The translations under genes and the position numbers were made by a program. A DNA stretch of 50,082 nt, the filler included, from Dimargaris cristalligena (taxonomy: Eukaryota), in assembly GCA_003614675.1 (NCBI GenBank). It is 2 parts of 2 records of this genome, joined end to end, with 100 filler letters (N's around TTAATTAATTAA, not from the genome) between each part and the next. Parts side by side here need not be neighbours in the genome. Positions count along the whole stretch, not along the records: positions 1 to 25,113 come from ML002572.1; 1 more part is not named here. One strand, given 5' to 3'. The notes beneath the pieces were generated by a model. That model saw only the letters and a list, made by a program, of their open reading frames with translations, was not told the DNA's origin and searched no databases. This document shows positions 10,501 through 22,250 of this stretch, in pieces. Numbering within the stretch: position 1 is the first letter of the stretch; the number at the start of each line of letters is the position of its first letter.

Positions 10501-12460
10501 CCTCAAGGATAAGCAGGCTACCTTGGAACGAACCTGCAACCACTGTGGCCACTGCATCGATCTGTCCGAACTTTCGACTACCGGTAGCTCGTCGTATTCC
10601 GAAGGGCTGGATATCGACCCCGATTTTTACACCGATTCCGACCACGAGTCCGATGGGACTGAGCGGGACTCCGCAACCGCCAGCGATCCGTATAGCCTGG
10701 TCAACCATCTCGAATCAGTGAGTCTCATCCCTTTGGTGGGCGAGGGTAAGATTGAGGATCGTGTCAATGCCCTATGGGACCAGTTGGTGGAGTCGGACAT
10801 GGCATTCCAGCACCAAGCCATGCGTACAATCCCGCTGGTACGTCGGGCTTGGCACCAGGACCCGGATGGTGACCTTGTTTGGCTACCGGCCACCGTGCGA
10901 GCCCAAATCCAGATACAACAGGTGAGTAAACAATCTCGACGAGTGGTCTCGACAACCACTCGATCTGCAACCGACCCCGGGGTCGCCAGCCCAACCCTGG
11001 GCTCAACCCCGGATTCAGGGAGTACGGCGGTGGCGGCATCCAGTGGAGAACCCTTCATGCGGTTCCCAGCACCCGGAGCGGGTGCCCTCCCTACTCCTCG
11101 GGACCACCGGCCGTCACCCTTGGAACCGACAGCCTCCCACTCTCGCTCAGGGTCCACCGTGGGTGACGACCCCTCCAAGGCTGGTCCCTCTCTTAAGCGC
11201 CCTCGGCGGTCCCCGCCCACCACAAAGCGACTCCTGTGCCCCAAGTGCCACTGCAGCACCATTATACTTCGCCAGGACTCCTCGTATTCGCAGCATCGGG
11301 ATATATTCCACACCCAACGCTCGTCCGACCGTAAACAGACGCCGCGGATCAGTATGATGCCCTGGCTGCCGGCCCTCTACCAGGCCGATACGGTCCTTAT
11401 TGCGACCCACTCCCAAGGTACTCCGGTATCCACATTGCTGTTGGATCGGCTCATCACCCAGGGCCTGGTTAATCCCCAGCGGCAGCGGGTGGGTATGTTA
11501 GCCATGGCCGGTATTTCGCATGGGCCCTTCTCCTACCTCCGGGATAACGTGGTGGTCAAATACTTTGAAGCCGAAGCGGCGCGTGAATTATTTACCCTTG
11601 CCAGCCCCGACTCGCCCGTGAGCGTTAAATTCCGCCAGGCCATGGACCGGGCGCTTAACGCCGGTGTCAAGGTGGTGACCGTGGGTAGTATGGTGGACCA
11701 GGTAGTGCCCCTATACTCTTCGATTGTGCACGGTCTCTCCCATATGAACGTGTACCGGGCCATTTATATCGACGGTGCCCACTTTAGTGGCGACTTCTTG
11801 ACCGACCTGCTCATCTTCGCCATCAAACTACGCAATTACGGGCTGCGGGATCACGACCTAGTGGTCCACATTAGTGAAATTATCGCCGGTTCGCTTTATA
11901 CGGGTACACCAGGCCACTCTACGATTTACAACGACGCCCAGGTCTATGAAACTGCGGCCCGATGGGTGATGGAATCCATTCCGTCCAGCCACCTGGCTGA
12001 TCCTACAGCGGCCTCGGCGGGCTTTTTCCAAAAATGGGCCACGTTCCGCAGTCGGTTCCCCACCCGCGAAACCCTTGTCGCTCCGATCCGGGCTAAGGTT
12101 CATGATCTTTTGGGCCACTCAAACGGGGCCTCCCAGCCCACCGAACCCACTATGAACCAGAGCGAGCCCATTCGCCCGGCTGATGATACCTCGCCGGGGA
12201 CCACACCCGACCCCAAAGACGTGGACCCCGCCCCATCGACCCCATCTTCCTTCCAAGATTTTCAGCTGGAATCGCGCAATAATCCGTATTACCTTCCCTG
12301 GATAATGCGCGGTCTCTTAGAGGACCCCCTCATTCTGAACCACCCCGAGCTTGGGCCAGATTTAGCCATCCTAAAGCAAAAATTCCTTCAGTGGAACCCC
12401 ATGCAAAAGAACCTCCGGGATCTGAAATTCCGACTGGAACCTTTACGGGCCAGCCTCTAG
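7578..12460 (+). CDS. YML020W-family uncharacterised protein (about 1510 aa); exons 7578-10083 and 10434-12460
   Basis: GCCATGG start. Intron GTAAGT(10084)...CAG(10433) joins the frames into [29 protein letters not shown]. Later motifs L.GEGKIEDRV, ATHSQGTPVS, AMAGISHGPF, GSMVDQVVPLYSS, GHSTIY and NPYYLPWIMRGLL match the fungal YML020W family as I recall it. Pro/Ser-rich N-terminal 800 aa. Confidence 0.85.
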
Positions 12461-13509
12461 TTCCCGTTTTGGAAGTAACAGAAGCCACGCATCGGCAACC
12501 TTACTTGATTCTGGCTCTTTGCCCACCATGCTTATTTATTATAATTTGGCCTAGTTTACCTGTCGCGCTGTCGGACAACATCGCGCTAAGCAATATACAA
12601 CCCTTTTCCACCAAGGTACACGGCTGGTGTTAACCTTGTTTTTTTTTGCCTGCTGGGCCATCATTCGTCTATTGTATCTATCCATGTAATATTACCATCC
12701 AATTCACTCTACCCTCATGCCCTGCGACTTCCTTTACCCTCGATGACAACCTACTACTTTTTTCCATTAGATTTCCTCACCCATCCCCCTTGTTTTTATT
12801 GTTTTGACGAACTATATATGGTGGTTGGCCCTCCGTTTCGGATAAATACTTGCCTAGCTCTCATATGTTATTTACATGTTTTTTGCCATCACCAGTCATG
12901 TACTCTAAAGACCAATTATTCAACTCTTCCTATTAAGGTACCCCCATTAAATACCCGACTCGGGTTCGAGTTCCCAGAAACCCCGTTTCTGTACTGATAA
13001 AATCCATTAGAATGCTGATGTATTATAGAGGTGCCTATCATACTAGTTGTAAGGGCTTTAAAACCTGCGACTGGTTATAGTGGTGTGGCTGAATTAAGTT
13101 ATGAGCTGCGTACTCCACGCAGAGCCAAGCTAGAAAGTCTCCAACTTTGGTTAATTGGAGGCGCCTCCTTATTCTTTAAGACACTCTAGTTGGATTTGGG
13201 GGTTCCTTGGAATACATAATTACACCTAATGAAAAGGGTTGCAGCTGGGAGTGTCCTTTATTATTCTTTATGTGGATTAAGAGGGATGGTCTAACCTCAA
13301 ATTTCTTCGAATAGTAGTGTTTAGTTTACCAGAAATATAGTATAGTTGAATGAGCGTCAAACCGGTTCTAAGTATTTGTCATTATTTCTAAATTACAGCT
13401 AACCTATTCTTTAAAAACGATATTATGTTCCTCGCAAATAAGTGTCTGGATTCTGGGCAAGCTGATTCTACCCAGTCGTCCATTTATCCATTGCACATAT
13501 CATATTGAG

Positions 13510-14009
13510 ATGGGAGAAGTTCATTCAGGCTGTATAACGAAAAATCCATTGGATGAGGCCAATATTACTGGTTAAAAGCTTTTCTCACATATATTCACCC
13601 ATACACGTATTATGTAAAACCTTATAGCTAGTTTGAATTTCATCCAGATGGAATGAAGAGCAAAAAAAAGTATTATAGTAAAGGCAATGGCTTAAATAAA
13701 ATAAATTGAAAAGGATAGAAGGGCATGGCGGTGGCTTGACTCAGCATGGCAGACAGCAGGCATAGAGAAAACTAGCTATCAATGCCAAGCAAAACATTGG
13801 TTAGAGTCATTCACCTGTAATAGTGGTGATTGTGGTTAATATGAGTAATGGGTGCCAGCGAGATTAAATATGGGTGAAATTCAGCCCAGCAATATAAGGG
13901 TTTACATTATATGTGTATGGGAGAATATATGGGAAATGTATTTTTAGAGAGTAATATTGGCCTTACCTAATGGATTTTTCATTATACAGCTTGGATGAAC
14001 TTCTTCCAT
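13510..14009. mobile_element. MITE-like non-autonomous DNA element with about 140-bp imperfect terminal inverted repeats
   Basis: 13510-13649 (ATGGGAGAAGTTCATTCAGGCTGTATAACGAAAAATCCATTGGATGAGGCCAATATTACT...) aligns with the reverse complement of 13868-14009 (ATGGAAGAAGTTCATCCAAGCTGTATAATGAAAAATCCATTAGGTAAGGCCAATATTACT...). No convincing TSD. Confidence 0.75.
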
Positions 14010-14439
14010 ATAGTTGATAAATAAGAATTATCTCTAAATAGTGATTTCTTGTCCTTGGAACTTGGTGCTGTGGTAGTTAAAGTATGGGGGATCATTGTAA
14101 TTAGGGAGAGGCCCGAATGGAGCTTGATTAAGTACACCAATCGACAAATAATAGTTTAGCACCTGTACCAATGATTATACACCCCTATTACTTGTGGGTA
14201 TAGTTTTTTTACTAAGTATGTGGAATCTATATAGGAGAAACTCAACCAGGTGGTATAACCAAAAATCAGTTTGATGAAAGAAAAGCTACTGATTAATAAT
14301 AAATTCCCCCTCTATTTCCTCATATATATATATATTAAAATCTTATTTGGTTAGACTAATTTTCACTGAAATGCTATAAATTATTATTACAGTTTCCAAA
14401 TACACCTCAGTGAGTGTGATCTGTATGGTATAGAGTCCA

Positions 14440-15023
14440 TGTCACCTGGGTTAACCACTCTTAGTCCATCAAGAGTCCCGAGGGTAGACTTCTAATGGTG
14501 GACAGGGCTTAGACTTAGCCAAGCAGGTCCTAGTACTAGGTAAGGGCATGGTACTAATCAATAAAGTTTTAGATAATCAGTTATGCAAGGGATGTGCAGT
14601 AGGCACACTTACTAGTCAGTATAAAGGGAGTGGGTATATATAGCATTTATTGGGGTAAACTAAGGGGTCAGAATAAGCTAAGGAATTGAACTGGTCCCAA
14701 TGGGGGGCCAGTTATATATACATAGGGGATGACTCCAAAGGGAGGTCCCCAGAGGAAGATACTACTAAGACTTAAGCTATGATGAATAGGCCAGCCAGAT
14801 AGCTGTAAGGACTTATAAGACTCTGTTGGGAATGGGAAGAGTTGTCCAATCAGCATGGGAGTGATTAGTGTAAACCACAGAGTCTGGAATGGGCACAGAT
14901 ATGTGATATAGGATGATCCCATAGTACCAGGGGTAACCATGGGAAGGTCAATATAGTACTATAAGGCCTAATGGGGATGGACAATTGTTATATCTAGATT
15001 AAGTTGGATTAGGAGGGCTGACA
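14440..15023 (-). mobile_element. Solo LTR (family A, 584 bp) with a perfect 5-bp TSD
   Basis: Begins TGTCA and ends TGACA; GTCCA on both sides (14435-14439 and 15024-15028). On the minus strand a TATATAA (about 14712-14718) is followed by AATAAA (14646-14651), which suggests the orientation. Six more copies occur in the window. Confidence 0.92.
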
Positions 15024-15889
15024 GTCCATAATATAAACTTGAAGAGTTTTTGTCTACCCTCTGCTTTCTTCAAGTATGTGGTTCATCCTAACCTCATCAC
15101 TACCATGTCTGCCTAGATTCAAGTAGAAAAACAAGTACCAGTGTAGATAAAAAACCCCACCATGGTAGCTATACCCCTAAATTTAGCTAACTTACAGGAT
15201 ACTAGGAAGACTTGAGACCACAGTTTAGTTTTTCTAATTTTCGAAAATGATCTGTGGGTTTTTATAGGAAGTTCATTATTCCATAGGGCTAAGGTTGTTA
15301 GTTAACCACATTTGATATACCACCTTAGTGGTCTCACTACTCAACTAGGCTTTTTTTATATTGTTAGTGAAAGATGATAGAAGTCCCCTTACTACCAACA
15401 CAAACCCACCAATAAGTGCCACTACCAACCTACCCAAACTCACAGACCCCCAGATGATTTCTGAAAAACAACAGCAGTCCTCTGGTAGCTCTAATCCTTC
15501 CACAAGACTTGTGGCAATTGTAGGGAACTGATTAACATACTCATATAGCCTTGACAACCTTGGTGAAACTAGATAGCAAATACATTAATAGTAATAATGA
15601 CTACTCATATCCAATTCATAATGGTACTGCTGGTTAGATGAGTCAATAGATTGCTATGCTAGCTATTGAAGGTATCAAAGAGAGCAGCCAGGATTCCGGT
15701 CATGATATCCCTTGCCAGTGTAATATCCTAATGTAAAATTATATAAATATATCTTAAGTCACACCATGATACCCTTGTAGTTGATAGTGATGCCGAGTAA
15801 TTGGCTAGCAATAAATCACACATAGACTACCTTGTAATTATTCCCACATTTCCTATGGGAAAAGATCCAGAGTTGTCAACTCTAGCCCT

Positions 15890-16519
15890 TGTTGTGGCCG
15901 GGCCTGCTTAATCTCTAATAGTATATCCTGGCTAAACTATTTTTAGTTTAGAAAAGATGAAGAACATCACTGAAGGCCAGTCTTCATCTTTTCCCACCCA
16001 TTTATAAGCCATTCGATGGCTAGGCCGTTTTTTCCAGTATTCCATATTCTATATTCAATATTCAGTATTCATAGTTTTTATTCATAACTCGAGGATCTGG
16101 TAGTTATAGAAGTCTGGGGCATATCCCCAGACTTAGTACCTTCAAAGCTGCCAACATTGGTGGACTTCTTTATTACATTTCATATAAATACCCATTGGGT
16201 ATTCTCCTAATAAACAGGCAGTTTCACATTAAGTATAGTTTACCAGTTAGTTATTTCAATCCACCAGTCTTGTTCTATCCCTATCATCTATTTGGCCCAA
16301 GCCCATTCATTGTGCCTTATCTGCTGTATACTAGAAGGATCCCTATGTGATCCCCGGTTACCCTAGTTGTCCCTATCTGAAGATCAGATAAGAATTGTCC
16401 CCGCTGAGTGTGTGTTTTCCTTAGTTAGTTAGTTTTTCCACCAGACTGAGACTGCTCCAGTTAGCCCTGATAAGGTTACCAGGCTATATTACCTTGTGGT
16501 ATTAAGTGCCACCACAACA
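15890..16519 (+). mobile_element. Candidate LTR of a second family (630 bp)
   Basis: 8-bp inverted termini TGTTGTGG...CCACAACA; internal TATAAATA (about 16184) and AATAAA (about 16209). No matching TSD and no second copy here. Confidence 0.45.
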
Positions 16520-17488
16520 CTGTCCTCATAAATAGTTACCTGATCCCGGAGAAAATGAAAAGCGAGATTTGATTTTAGTGATGTATTTCAGTTGGTATGT
16601 TGCCCTCGTTATATATGGTATCAGCTCACGCCAACATATTACTGAACTTTGCCCATTATTAAGCGGGCAGACAACCAACCATTGTAGAGGGGGGCATTGG
16701 GGTTATGAATAAGTCATTTAGCTGTAGTCTATAGCTGAGGAATCCCTCTTGGCGAACCAATACCTTCACCACCTCCATATAGCAGCAGGTCAATAGAGCA
16801 CGTACTATCTAACGAGATGGAAATGCCTGAAAACGAGCGGTTGGTACTATAATAGTACCGATGAAAATTGTGGGGTGTCAGCCGCACCGGATATTAACCT
16901 AAATTACTCCCTAATAGTTAAGTTGTTAAACCCCTCAACTAATACGATGATGAGCCGGGGGCGTCCCAGCTTCCCCTTCCACCGAATACCATGTTACGGT
17001 GGTAGACATGTCATAAAGTCGGTTATTATTACTTGATATATCTTATCAACAAAGCGGCAAACGAACACTAGAAAACTTCCTTAAAAGACAACAGGACCAA
17101 TCACAAAATACATCAACCTTTTGATTCGGCCAGTTGGTCTGATGAATCGGCACATTTGTAGTGAGAGAGTGAGGGAGAGAAAATAATACAAACACTTGGT
17201 TACACAGCGATGGTTAAAGATCTCGAAAATGAGGAAGGTCCTCAACATATGCATATAAAACTGACTCGCCTTTGGGATGGAATGTAAATAAGAGTGGAAT
17301 GAATAGTACAGAACGTATCACAAAATTAAACAGGGATAAATTAATCCAACTTGGGTTGATTGTTTTTTCTGGTTAGATTTTGATGAAAAAACAGCGGTTA
17401 TTGCAGCAGTAGCAGTAGCCAAATGCACCAGTTCCCATCGCGGACCCGGGCAAAAGACACAAAAGTAAAGAAACAATAGCCCCTCATT

Positions 17489-19393
17489 TTACTCGTCTAA
17501 GCTTTGGCGCATCCCCAATAATGGTTCCGATTCGGGTGCCACGAGGGAGGAGAGGTGCGGCCGGGGCGCAGTGATGGTCCATTTGCGCTTTTGCCGGTCG
17601 TACCAACCCCCGACACGGGAGGCGGATTCCCGGCACAGTGAAGCAACCAAACCGGCTTGAGTGCGACTGGCGGCTGGTCCCGGGACATCCGCGGGATAGA
17701 ACTCGTCCATGGTCCCACTCTCGATGGAGTCGACGGAGAAACGGGTCCGGCCCGTCCGTAGGGTCGGGCGGGGCTCGTGGACGTCGGGGGACGACGTATG
17801 GGACAGGGCCGTACCGCCCAAAGACGGTCCGGTGTTGCCGGCTGTAGTGGCTGACCCGGCCGCGGCCGAGAGTCCGACGGAGAGGATGCATACCCCAATC
17901 GAGAGGATCACAGCCCCAACCAGTACGAGGGCAAGCTGGTAGGGAGCTAGGGCCTGGAACTGATCGTAGTAAATCAAGCCATTGAGGAGAGTGGACAAAT
18001 TGTAGCTGCAGAAGGTCAAGGGGGCGATGACCAAGGTGCTACACAGCTCCAGACTCCGATTGAGGAAATAGAGCTGGGACAGAGATGTGACCACCAAGGC
18101 CAGCAGGATAAACCCGGCCAGGGGATTGGTGAATTGATTATTGCCCTGCTGGAGGGTGACAATGAGGAGCTCGATGCCGCTCTTGGCGAACAGCAAACTC
18201 TGGCTACAGAGCATCCCCGAAACGATGCCGTACAGCAATCCCCGGATCATGGTCCGGTGCTGGGCCACCCAGGTCTTGGTTCGGGTCCAAAAACGGGGGG
18301 ACTTGACGTCCCGGTGGAGGGCCAGTCCACTGAATAGGGAGGAGCGCCGGGAGGGGACCCGGTGGTGGCGGGCTTTGAAAGAATAGTTCGTGCTGGAGGG
18401 AAAGGGGAAGCGATTGATGGGGATAACGCCAGACGGTGGAATCGTCACTGCCTCGGCAAGGGGCAACTGTTCCGTCGAACTGGCCGCACTGGCATCACTG
18501 TAGATGGCACTAGGGCCATGGTTGGGGTCGGAACGACTTTCAGTAATGGACCTTGAATGGTAACTGGGGTGGTTGAGTTCGGTGTATCGGACACTGGGAG
18601 AGGTGTCCGACAATGTAGCTTCCGTGGCGGGGGCGGAGGAAGTGGTGGGGGACTTGGGTAACACCACCACGGGTGTAGGCAAGTGGGATTCTTCCTCCAG
18701 GATCTGGTCCCAGCTGGGGGGCCAGTGCGAGGCGGCACCGGTCGATAAGCTTGACCGCCTTCCCTCGCCCCCACTGACGGGCGGGTAGCGTGCGGCCCGC
18801 CGCTCCTGGACCCCCAGTAGATAAATAACGCCCAGTAGAGCGAGAACGAGCACTTCGGTCACGGTGAAGAACGCAATGAAAGCGGGGCGTTGGTACAGCG
18901 TAATAAGGGAGGCCAGGTCGTGGGAGGGCAAGGGCAAGGCACCGAAAATGCCAATGAGCAGGCCGCCCAGGACGACCAGAATAGTGGCTAGGAAAGCCTG
19001 CACGCTGAAGGGGTCGGCTAGGAGCCATTTGGCAAAGAGGGCGTTTGACACTAGGGTCACGGCCCCCAAGGGGGCCAGAATAGTAACGGGGAGCAGACTG
19101 ATGGTCACGGTAGAGCCTCCGAAACTGCTGGCCAGGAACAGGGCGAAGCCCGCCAGCCATAGGGGTCGGCGGTAATAGGGGAGGACGGGCGGGGACCCGG
19201 AGGTCAGCAGCGGGGCGGAAGGTTCAGCCGTTTCCAGCTGGGCGTCGGCCTCTGGGGGCGGACCAATAGTAGTGGTAAGCCGACAATGGTCCACATGACT
19301 CTTTCGCTGCAGGGTAAGGCCGAGTGATTGTGTAAACGAAGTAATAATGGAGGTAATGACCCCCACGGCAAAAAGGCCGGCTGGGTTGGTCAT
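17489..19393 (-). CDS. NIPA-family magnesium transporter (DMT superfamily)
   Basis: QSLGLTLQRKSH, YYRRPLWLAGFALF, LPVTILAPLGAVTLVSNALFAKWLL, SQSLLFAKSGIELL, SQLYFLNRSL, NGLIYYDQF; multiple TM segments; single 634-aa ORF. Confidence 0.92.
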   Translation of the reverse strand: MTNPAGLFAVGVITSIITSFTQSLGLTLQRKSHVDHCRLTTTIGPPPEADAQLETAEPSAPLLTSGSPPVLPYYRRPLWLAGFALFLASSFGGSTVTISLLPVTILAPLGAVTLVSNALFAKWLLADPFSVQAFLATILVVLGGLLIGIFGALPLPSHDLASLITLYQRPAFIAFFTVTEVLVLALLGVIYLLGVQERRAARYPPVSGGEGRRSSLSTGAASHWPPSWDQILEEESHLPTPVVVLPKSPTTSSAPATEATLSDTSPSVRYTELNHPSYHSRSITESRSDPNHGPSAIYSDASAASSTEQLPLAEAVTIPPSGVIPINRFPFPSSTNYSFKARHHRVPSRRSSLFSGLALHRDVKSPRFWTRTKTWVAQHRTMIRGLLYGIVSGMLCSQSLLFAKSGIELLIVTLQQGNNQFTNPLAGFILLALVVTSLSQLYFLNRSLELCSTLVIAPLTFCSYNLSTLLNGLIYYDQFQALAPYQLALVLVGAVILSIGVCILSVGLSAAAGSATTAGNTGPSLGGTALSHTSSPDVHEPRPTLRTGRTRFSVDSIESGTMDEFYPADVPGPAASRTQAGLVASLCRESASRVGGWYDRQKRKWTITAPRPHLSSLVAPESEPLLGMRQSLDE

Positions 19394-20597
19394 GGCGACT
19401 CAACGAGGAACCGGGGAAACACTATTAAAATTTATAAAGTCGAGTAACTTAACTAGCGAAGGGAACCGAGGCCATATGGTATAGATAAAATAGCGTAAGC
19501 GACTGTAAAGGTTGAAGTAAGCTGTACTGATAGAAGGGATAATACGGTGCTCTCTACACCTGAACTCGGCTTAGAAAAGAACACCACCTCCTGGCACTGG
19601 TAACCCGGAGAAATAGCCAAGGGTTGACGACAAGACCAGGCCTCCCCGTTTAGTATCTGACTAGACGGGTTGTACCGGTGGCGCTAGTTAGGATGAGGCA
19701 AGTTGGTTTAAACGACCGAGGAAACTAGCAAGAAAAGGCTAAGAGATGAAGAAGAATAGAGAGGGTCAGGTCATTACGAAATGCAAAGAGCAGGCCAGGA
19801 AGGTTTCAGGAATCAACCGCAGAGGGGCTTCTTTAAAAACGGCCCAGTGAGAACAAGGCGGGGGAGGAAATTAGTAGTGAAACAGGAGGCAAAAGGGGCT
19901 CAAGCAGGCAGAGTGACGAGGATTCGAGCCCTCTGCTACAGTGCCAAGCAGTGCACCCGCTTCTGCAGCCCTCTTCTTCCCTTGCTGAAAGTGAAGGTAA
20001 AGTGAAACCGCCCCTTCCCCCTCTCCCAATACACGGTAACGAACTCCGATTGATTCCTGCCGTTCGGTCGTCAGATAAACTCCTGAGCTCGGATATATCC
20101 ACCAATTAATTAATTCATTACCCACACCATAGCCTAGCCTAGCCTAGCATTCCGGTTGTTTATCCATGACGTACGGTAGACTCTACTGTAGCAGCACATT
20201 CCCTTCTACTCTATAGTACGCTGCACTGGCCAGTGGAGCTGCTTCAGTAAGCCAGCGGGAAAATAGTTTATTTATAGGATACGGTCACAGTCTATGGGAC
20301 TCGATAAACGAACCGGCAGCAAACGTGGCAACCGGCACCCTCCACAAGAAAAGACTGAGTAGGTTAGTGGGTTGGAAGGCTTCTCATCCCACCCCGCGAT
20401 AACCGAGGCAGCGGTGGGGTACTTACTTCGCGTGACAAACTGATATAGATGTATAGTATTGTTGCCGCCTTACTGGTTGGCGGGTAAAAGTCAGAAGGCG
20501 TGTGATGTACAATGGGTTCCGCACGTGACGAGGGCGAATGGCCCTCTTTCCCTCTTTCCTTGGCAGTCAAATCAAGACCGAGGAAAAATCCGGGGGT

Positions 20598-20699
20598 CTA
20601 CATAATAGAGCACTTGGAATCGTCGGTACATTTGGCGGAGGGGTTGGAGGTGTTATAGGATTTGGTGGATGGCCGACTAGCTGAATTGGATGAAGGTGC
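20598..20699 (-). CDS. Putative alternative terminal exon of the AN1 zinc-finger gene, ending in CaaX box CSIM
   Basis: Branch-like GACTGAC (20757-20763), pyrimidine-rich tract, then CTACAG acceptor and APSSNSASRPSTKSYNTSNPSAKCTDDSKCSIM-stop. Phase-0 compatible with donor CCG|GTGGGT at 21238/21237. Confidence 0.7.
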   Translation of the reverse strand, partial: APSSNSASRPSTKSYNTSNPSAKCTDDSKCSIM

Positions 20700-21153
20700 C
20701 TGTAGCGCGGGGAGTGGGTGTAGAAGTAGTACATTGTAAAGGAACATCAAAAAAGGGTCAGTCAATATAGGATCCCGTAGAACCAAGTTGGCCGCAAAGG
20801 TTGGTTAATATACAGCGTATTTATTATAATCGGGAAAATACAGGGCTAGTTTTGTACAACTGGTGTAGGCATATCGACCCAGACGTGGGTTCAGGCATTC
20901 TAAATGGGATCTTAGATATGACATGACATAACAATCTCCCCAATGCTCCAATGGCACAGATTCTATTCCGCCTCCATAAATTGAAGATGGGCAATATCAG
21001 TAAAAATGATATTACACTAAGACACGTCATTGCGGATTCCAAGTTCGGCAAAGTCGAATGACGACAACACACTGAACCGTCCCGTCTCCTCCACGGGACA
21101 AGTACCCCTTATGTGTATATATATATGAGTGGCAGTGGGTTCCAGAGAGCGGG

Positions 21154-22250
21154 TTATTCAATGGCAATGCACTCCGGGGGTCTTTTATCCTCGAGAGCAT
21201 CCAAATCAATAACAGTAATAGGAGAAGGGGTACCCACCGGAGTCTGCTGGCCCTTCGACTGAAGGTTTTTTTTCGGACCAGCCGTCGAGGGGGACCGGAA
21301 CTTATTAAGTAGAACCGACTGGATGACTTTGGACGGTGCTGATCGGGGTCCAGGGCACTGGTGGTCCGTCTCAAAACGGTGCTTCAGGCAAAACTGCACC
21401 TGGCACTTGGGGCATTTGGCCGACACAAAAACCTTGGCTTTACAGGTGCGGAATTGGCAAACGGGCTTGTAGGCCGGCGCCGACAAGGACGTCCCCGGGT
21501 CGGCACAGCGGTTGGCAATGTGAGTGTCCATTCGGAGGTTCGGGTCTTCCCCGCGTGGAACGGGAACGGGCTTGTGACAGAGCGGACACACAGGTACCCG
21601 GACGTCCCGGGCCTGGTGGCCGTTGGCGCACGGGTGGTCATCGACTTTCCAATGTGTCTCGCTATCGTGAATTCGAGGTTCAGTGTGGGGCAAGGCGCAG
21701 AGTCAGAATAGCAACTATCGGTTAGACCATGGGAGAGGGAGACTACAGTGTATATTGTATAGGGTCCAAGACGCGTATATATCATTTTTTTGGCAAACAA
21801 ATAATGAAGAGGGTGGCGCAATTGGTAGTCGGGAGAATTTCGACTAAACGTCAATAGAGGGATACTTACCAGTAGTCCAAATGGCAGAATTGACAACGGA
21901 ACGGCAGGAAGTCTAGTAACCGAGGTAGAACGCAGGAAAATATGGATAAACCGACAGCAAGGCATAGTGGGTAAGGGGTTAAATGAAAGCTATCTCAACC
22001 GTAATATATAGGCGGATAATGAGGGCGTAGTACCCCCTCTGCCTATCCAAACGAGGCTCAGGGTTCGCTATGGCGCCCCTGAGCCCATCAAGCACGGATG
22101 GCCCGGCTGGAGCAGGACACTTAGCAGATGAAGCCCGGAGACTCGCGCGAATGGGACATGTCCGACTAACATGGAGAACAACTTAAAAAACATACCAAGC
22201 TGGCGGCATTCGGCCAGGGCACATTGGCGACCGACATGGGGTAACTCCAT
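21154..22250 (-). CDS. AN1-type zinc-finger protein of the AIRAP/ZFAND2 type; exons 22250-22196, 21912-21870, 21661-21154
   Basis: Spliced product MELPHVGRQCALAECRQLDFLPFRCQFCHLDYCETHWKVDDHPC...DVRVPVCPLCHKPVPVPRGEDPN..MDTHIANRC...CQFRTCK...CPKCQVQFCLKHRFETDHQC: two AN1 fingers around a CxxC/H/C finger. Canonical GTATG and GTAAGT donors and TAG acceptors with matching phases. Confidence 0.93.

Noticed and set aside
12955-12985. GGGTTCGAGTTCCC, resembling a tRNA T-arm/B-box
   Set aside because: No A-box, D-arm, anticodon arm or acceptor stem could be built around it.
19905-19950. GAGGATTCGAGCCCTC T-loop-like hairpin followed by GCCA
   Set aside because: Only a local hairpin; no cloverleaf.
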